Notes under the pieces: generated by a model | What the model was told of the DNA's origin: nothing | Seen by the model: only the letters and a program-made list of their open reading frames with translations | The model's database searches: none | Translations under genes and position numbers: made by a program | Assembly (NCBI GenBank): GCA_963805625.1 | Contig: CAWDVE010000017.1 | Span: 64,001 to 128,000, forward strand | From: an uncultured Candidatus Rokubacteria bacterium | GTDB taxonomy: Bacteria > Methylomirabilota > Methylomirabilia > Rokubacteriales > DASRDR01 | Reading direction: 5' to 3' | Length of the DNA stretch: 64,000 nt | Shown here: positions 58,638 to 64,000 of the stretch, piece by piece | Layout: each line of letters begins with the position of its first letter | Numbering within the stretch: the first letter of the stretch is position 1

Positions 58638-58712
58638 GGCGCCGACATGCAGCGACACCCGCGACCAAGCCCGGCGACCCGGAAATCGCGCGGAGACGAA
58701 CGGAGGGACGTG

Positions 58713-59762
58713 ATGGCAGAGTCCAAGGCTGAATCTAAGTCCGAATCGAAGGCCGACAAGGACCGGCGGCAAGCGCTCGAGCTGGCCCTCTCCCAGATCG
58801 AGCGCCAGTTCGGCAAGGGCGCCGTGATGAAGCTCGGCGCGTCGGGCGCGCTCGAGGAGACGGCAGTCGTCCCGACCGGCGCGCTCACCATCGACGTGGC
58901 GCTCGGCATCGGCGGGATCCCCCGCGGGCGGGTCACGGAGATCTACGGGCCGGAGTCCTCCGGGAAGACCACGCTCGCCCTCCACGTGATCGCGGAGGCC
59001 CAGCGCTCGGGCGGCTACGCGGCGTTCGTCGACGCCGAGCACGCCCTCGACGCGGCCTACGCCAAGCGGCTCGGCGTGAACATCGACGAGCTCCTGATCT
59101 CGCAGCCCGACACGGGCGAGCAGGCGCTCGAGATCACCGAGCACCTGGTCCGCTCGGGCGCGATCGACGTCATCGTGATCGACTCCGTCGCGGCGCTCGT
59201 GCCGAAGGCCGAGCTCGAGGGCGAGATGGGAGAGTCGCTGCCCGGGCTCCAGGCGCGGCTCATGTCGCAGGCCCTCCGGAAGCTCACCGCCGCGATCGCG
59301 CGCTCCGGCACCGCCGTGATCTTCATCAACCAGATCCGCGAGAAGATCGGCGTCATGTTCGGTAGCCCCGAGACGACGTCGGGGGGCCGCGCGCTCAAGT
59401 TCTACGCCTCGATTCGCCTGGACATCCGACGGATGGACGCCCTCAAGCAGGGGACGGAATCGGTCGGCGTCCACACGAAGGTCAAGGTGGTGAAGAATAA
59501 GCTCGCGCCGCCATTCCGCGAGGCGGAGTTCGACGTGATGTACGGCGAGGGGATCTCTCGCGAGGCCAACGTGCTCGACCTCGCGGTGGAGCAGGGGATC
59601 GTCGAGAAGAGCGGCACGTGGTTCTCGTACCGCGACCAGCGGATCGGCCAGGGTCGGGACAACGCCCGGAAGTTCCTCAAGGAGAACCCGAAGATGCTGG
59701 CCGAGATGGAGACGGCGGTCCGCCACGCCGTTGGGCTCAAGCCCGTCGGGAACGGGGACTGA
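58713..59762 (+). CDS. recA: Recombinase A
   Basis: [53 protein letters not shown]. Confidence 0.99.
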   Translation: MAESKAESKSESKADKDRRQALELALSQIERQFGKGAVMKLGASGALEETAVVPTGALTIDVALGIGGIPRGRVTEIYGPESSGKTTLALHVIAEAQRSGGYAAFVDAEHALDAAYAKRLGVNIDELLISQPDTGEQALEITEHLVRSGAIDVIVIDSVAALVPKAELEGEMGESLPGLQARLMSQALRKLTAAIARSGTAVIFINQIREKIGVMFGSPETTSGGRALKFYASIRLDIRRMDALKQGTESVGVHTKVKVVKNKLAPPFREAEFDVMYGEGISREANVLDLAVEQGIVEKSGTWFSYRDQRIGQGRDNARKFLKENPKMLAEMETAVRHAVGLKPVGNGD

Positions 59763-59797
59763 CGGCCCGCGCCGGGTTACCGCTCGGAATCACTCCG

Positions 59798-60331
59798 GTG
59801 ACCGCGTTCCGGCGAGCTTCGCCGGCGGGGGCCCGGCTCGCGCTCGACGCGCATCGCGCGCGGACCGTGGCCCTCGACCTGCTCGCCCGGAAGCCCTGGA
59901 CGCGGCAGGAGCTCACGGGCCGTCTCCGCCGCCGGGGTGCGCCCCCCGACGTGGCCGAAGTCGTGGTGGCCGAGCTCGAGGCGCGCGGCTACGTGGACGA
60001 TCGCGCCTTCGCCGCCGCCTGGGCCGAGTCCCGGGCGCGGGGCCGATCGCTCGGGCGCCAGCGTCTGCGCGAGGAGCTCCTCGCGCGCGGCGTGGCGCGC
60101 CCCCTCGTGGAGGCCGCGATCGACCGCGCGTTCGAGGACACGAGTGAGCTGGCCCGGGCGCAGGTCGCCGCGGTGCGGCGTCTGGCGATCCTCCGGCGCC
60201 AGGCTCCCGACCAGGTCGCGCGACGGCTCCATGACTATCTCCGGCGCCGAGGGTATCCTGAGGACGTCGTGCGGCAAGTGCTCCGGGCGCTCTGTCGCGA
60301 CACCGTCCCGGAGGCGGCCGTCGAGGCGTAG
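59798..60331 (+). CDS. recX: Regulatory protein RecX
   Basis: ALDLLA..TRQEL..RLRRRG, GYVDDRAFA, ELLARGV, YLRRRGY; follows recA. Confidence 0.9.
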   Translation: MTAFRRASPAGARLALDAHRARTVALDLLARKPWTRQELTGRLRRRGAPPDVAEVVVAELEARGYVDDRAFAAAWAESRARGRSLGRQRLREELLARGVARPLVEAAIDRAFEDTSELARAQVAAVRRLAILRRQAPDQVARRLHDYLRRRGYPEDVVRQVLRALCRDTVPEAAVEA

Positions 60332-60439
60332 CGAGGGAGGGACAGGGCTGGATCCTCGACCCGGCGGGCCTGCGTGACGGCGCTACCCGGGCGCGAGACG
60401 ACCGGGACGCGCGCATCCCCACCCACTCAGGAGGCGCTC

Positions 60440-60925
60440 ATGACCCCCGCGGAACGACAGAGCCTGATCGCGACGTACAAGGCGGGCTACGACGAAGTGG
60501 TGCGAGCGCTGGCGGGGATCGCCCCCGACGAGCGGGACTGGCGCCCCGCGCCGGGCGAGTGGAGCGCGCGCGAGGTCGTGCATCACCTCGCGGACAGCGA
60601 GACGATCTCCGGCATCCGGCTCCGGCGGCTCCTGATCGAGGACAACCCGGTCATCCAGGGCTACGACGAGGCCGACTACGCGCGTCGCTTCCGCTACCAG
60701 GAGCGCCCGTGGGAGCCTGCCCTCCGCGCGTTCGAGGCCGCCCGGGCGACGACGGCGCAGCTCCTCGAGTCCATGACGGACGCGGACTGGCGTCGCACGG
60801 GGACGCACTCGGAGAGTGGTGCGTACTCCACCGAGAAGTGGCTCCGCATCTACGCCGACCACGGCAATGTCCACGCCGACCAGATCCGGAAGAACCGGGC
60901 GGGCTGGGCGGCTCGGCCGCGCTGA
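60440..60925 (+). CDS. DinB family protein
   Basis: PAPGEWSAREVVHHLADSE, GTHSE, DHGNVHADQI. Confidence 0.9.
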   Translation: MTPAERQSLIATYKAGYDEVVRALAGIAPDERDWRPAPGEWSAREVVHHLADSETISGIRLRRLLIEDNPVIQGYDEADYARRFRYQERPWEPALRAFEAARATTAQLLESMTDADWRRTGTHSESGAYSTEKWLRIYADHGNVHADQIRKNRAGWAARPR

Positions 60926-60927
60926 CC

Positions 60928-61479
60928 GTGTCGCGGGCTGACGCCGTGTCGGATGGTGGGCGGACCGAGCTGCTGGCGCGGTACCGGGCGGGCTACGGGG
61001 GGCTCCTCGCGGCGCTGGACGGGCTCACGCCCGACGAGCTCGACTGGCGGCCGAGCCCGGAGGCGTGGAGCGTGCGAGACGTGGTCCACCACCTGGAGGA
61101 CGCGGAGCTGACGGGGGCGGTCCGGCTGCGGCGCCTTCTCACGGAGGACGCGCCCTTCCTCCCGGCTTTCGACGGGGAGGTCTACCGCCAGCGTCTCGCG
61201 TACGCGGCGCGGCCCGTGGAGCCTGCCCTCGACGCCATCCGCGCGGCCCACGGGACGACGGCCGAGCTGCTCGACCGGCTGGCCGCGGACGACTGGGCGC
61301 GGGCGGGAACCCATAGCGAGGAAGGCCCGTACTCGCTCGCGCGCTGGCTCGCCTTCCACGCGGCCCACACGCACGAGCACGCCGCGCAGATCCGCCAGCT
61401 GCGCCTCGCCCGGGTCGGCGGCGCGCCACCGCCGGCCACGCCGTCCGGTGCCCACGGCGCCAGGACCGCGGCGCGCTGA
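60928..61479 (+). CDS. DinB family protein (tandem paralog)
   Basis: PSPEAWSVRDVVHHLEDAE, GTHSE, HTHEHAAQI. Confidence 0.88.
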   Translation: MSRADAVSDGGRTELLARYRAGYGGLLAALDGLTPDELDWRPSPEAWSVRDVVHHLEDAELTGAVRLRRLLTEDAPFLPAFDGEVYRQRLAYAARPVEPALDAIRAAHGTTAELLDRLAADDWARAGTHSEEGPYSLARWLAFHAAHTHEHAAQIRQLRLARVGGAPPPATPSGAHGARTAAR

Positions 61480-62790
61480 GCGTCTCGGGCGCCCGCCTCC
61501 GGCGGGCCGCTCCCCCCGAAAGCCGCGCGTGACGAGCCCGGCCCGCCCCGCTCCGCGAGCGTGGCTCATGTGGGGCATCCCCGCCTTCCTGTTTCTCTTC
61601 GCCTTCTTCCACCGTGCCGCGCCGGGGGTGTTTGCCAAGGAGCTGATGCAGGACTTCGGCGCGACGGGCGCGATCATCGGCCTCCTCTCGGCCACCTACT
61701 TCTACGCCTACGCCGGCCTGATGATCCCGGCGGGCGTCCTCTTGGACCGGCTGGGCGTCCGGTGGGTGGTGGCCGCCGGCGGCCTGGTGATGGGGGCAGG
61801 GACGATTCTCATGGCGCTCGCGCCGGGCGCGGCCCTCTTGTTCACCGGTCGGTTCCTCGTCGGCGCCGGCGCCTCCGTCATGTTCGTCGGAGCGCTCAAG
61901 ATCGCGGCGGCCTGGTTTCCGCCCTCATACTTCGCCACGCTCTCCGCCGCGACGGCCGCGACGGGGGTGCTCGGCGGGCTGGTGGGCACAGCGCCGGTCG
62001 CCTGGCTTGCAACCCGTCTCGGTTGGCGCGGGGCGCTGGCGGCCGTCGGAATCGTCACGCTGGGCGGCGCCGGCCTCTGTCTGGCGCTCGTTCAGGACGA
62101 GCCTCCCGGGCATCGCGGCGCCGCGGTCCCGGCGCCGGGATGGGCCGCGGTCCTCGCGGGGCTGGGGCGGGTACTGGGCAATCCCCATACCTGGCCGCCC
62201 TTCCTCGCGTTCTTCTTCCTCTACTCGGCGGCGAACAACCTCTTCTTCTGGATCGTCCCCTGCCTCCGCGACCTTTACGGCCTCGGCATGACGGACGCGG
62301 GACTTTACGCCACCGCGACGTCCCTGGCGCTCCTCGTCGCCGGACCGCTGACCGGCTTCGTCTCCGACCGCGTGCTTCGCCGCCGGCGGCTCCCCTACAC
62401 GGTCCTGACGGCCGCGCAAGTCGTCGGCTGGCTCGTGTTCGTCCTCACGCTCGGCCGCCTGCCGTTGGGGGGGCTCTACGCGCTCCTGTTCGGGATGGGC
62501 CTGGTGGGAGCGGCGTTCGTGCTGACCTGGCCGCTCGGTCGCGAGGTCAACCCCCCCGAGCTCGCCGGCATCGCCGTGGCGGCCGTGAACCTCGGTGGGT
62601 TCGTCGGGGCCGCGCTGACGCAGGGTTTCCTCGGCTCCCTGCTCGACGCCCGCTGGGCCGGGGAGATGGTCGGGGGCGCGCGCGTCTACCCGGTCGAGGC
62701 GTACCGGGCGAGCTTCACGGCGTCCGCGATCCTGATCCTCTGCGCGCTCCTGGTCTCGCTCTTCCTTCGCGAGACCCGTGCCGGCAACGT

Positions 62791-64000
<1,210 letters not shown>

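Noticed and set aside
58573-58712. LexA/SOS box upstream of recA
   Set aside because: Only a weak CAACA..TGTTG inverted repeat; no match to a box I can recognise
58713-58760. [12 protein letters not shown] repeat at the RecA N-terminus
   Set aside because: Short low-complexity extension with no evidence of function

Overview
High-GC bacterial chromosome segment; gene content and the multi-GAF kinase suggest Candidatus Rokubacteria/Methylomirabilota (inference). Order: the right end of an integrative element (tyrosine integrase next to tRNA-Phe); a hydantoinase/oxoprolinase B+A pair with a class III aminotransferase; a partly decayed surface-glycan locus with several frameshifted or internally deleted genes; a core run gltX-phosphatase-Na/Pi-glgA-glnB-glnE-polA; a LysR-controlled 4-gene island encoding a probable selenoprotein (in-frame TGA in D-U-G-S-C-T-S-C-C with a SECIS-like hairpin), its partner protein and a family III CoA-transferase; phzF-coaE-rsmA-rnj-ftsK-lolA-yajQ; vapBC; a trpE-trpG-trpS operon with an unannotated Trp-rich leader peptide and attenuator; a nucleotidyltransferase gene pair; a 9-GAF histidine kinase with a response regulator and an adenylate cyclase; hicBA; rimO-pgpA-cinA-thpR-recA-recX; tandem dinB genes, an MFS transporter, ppk2 and the start of alaS. 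No CRISPR or rRNA was seen. All calls come from reading motifs by eye; no database searches were run.
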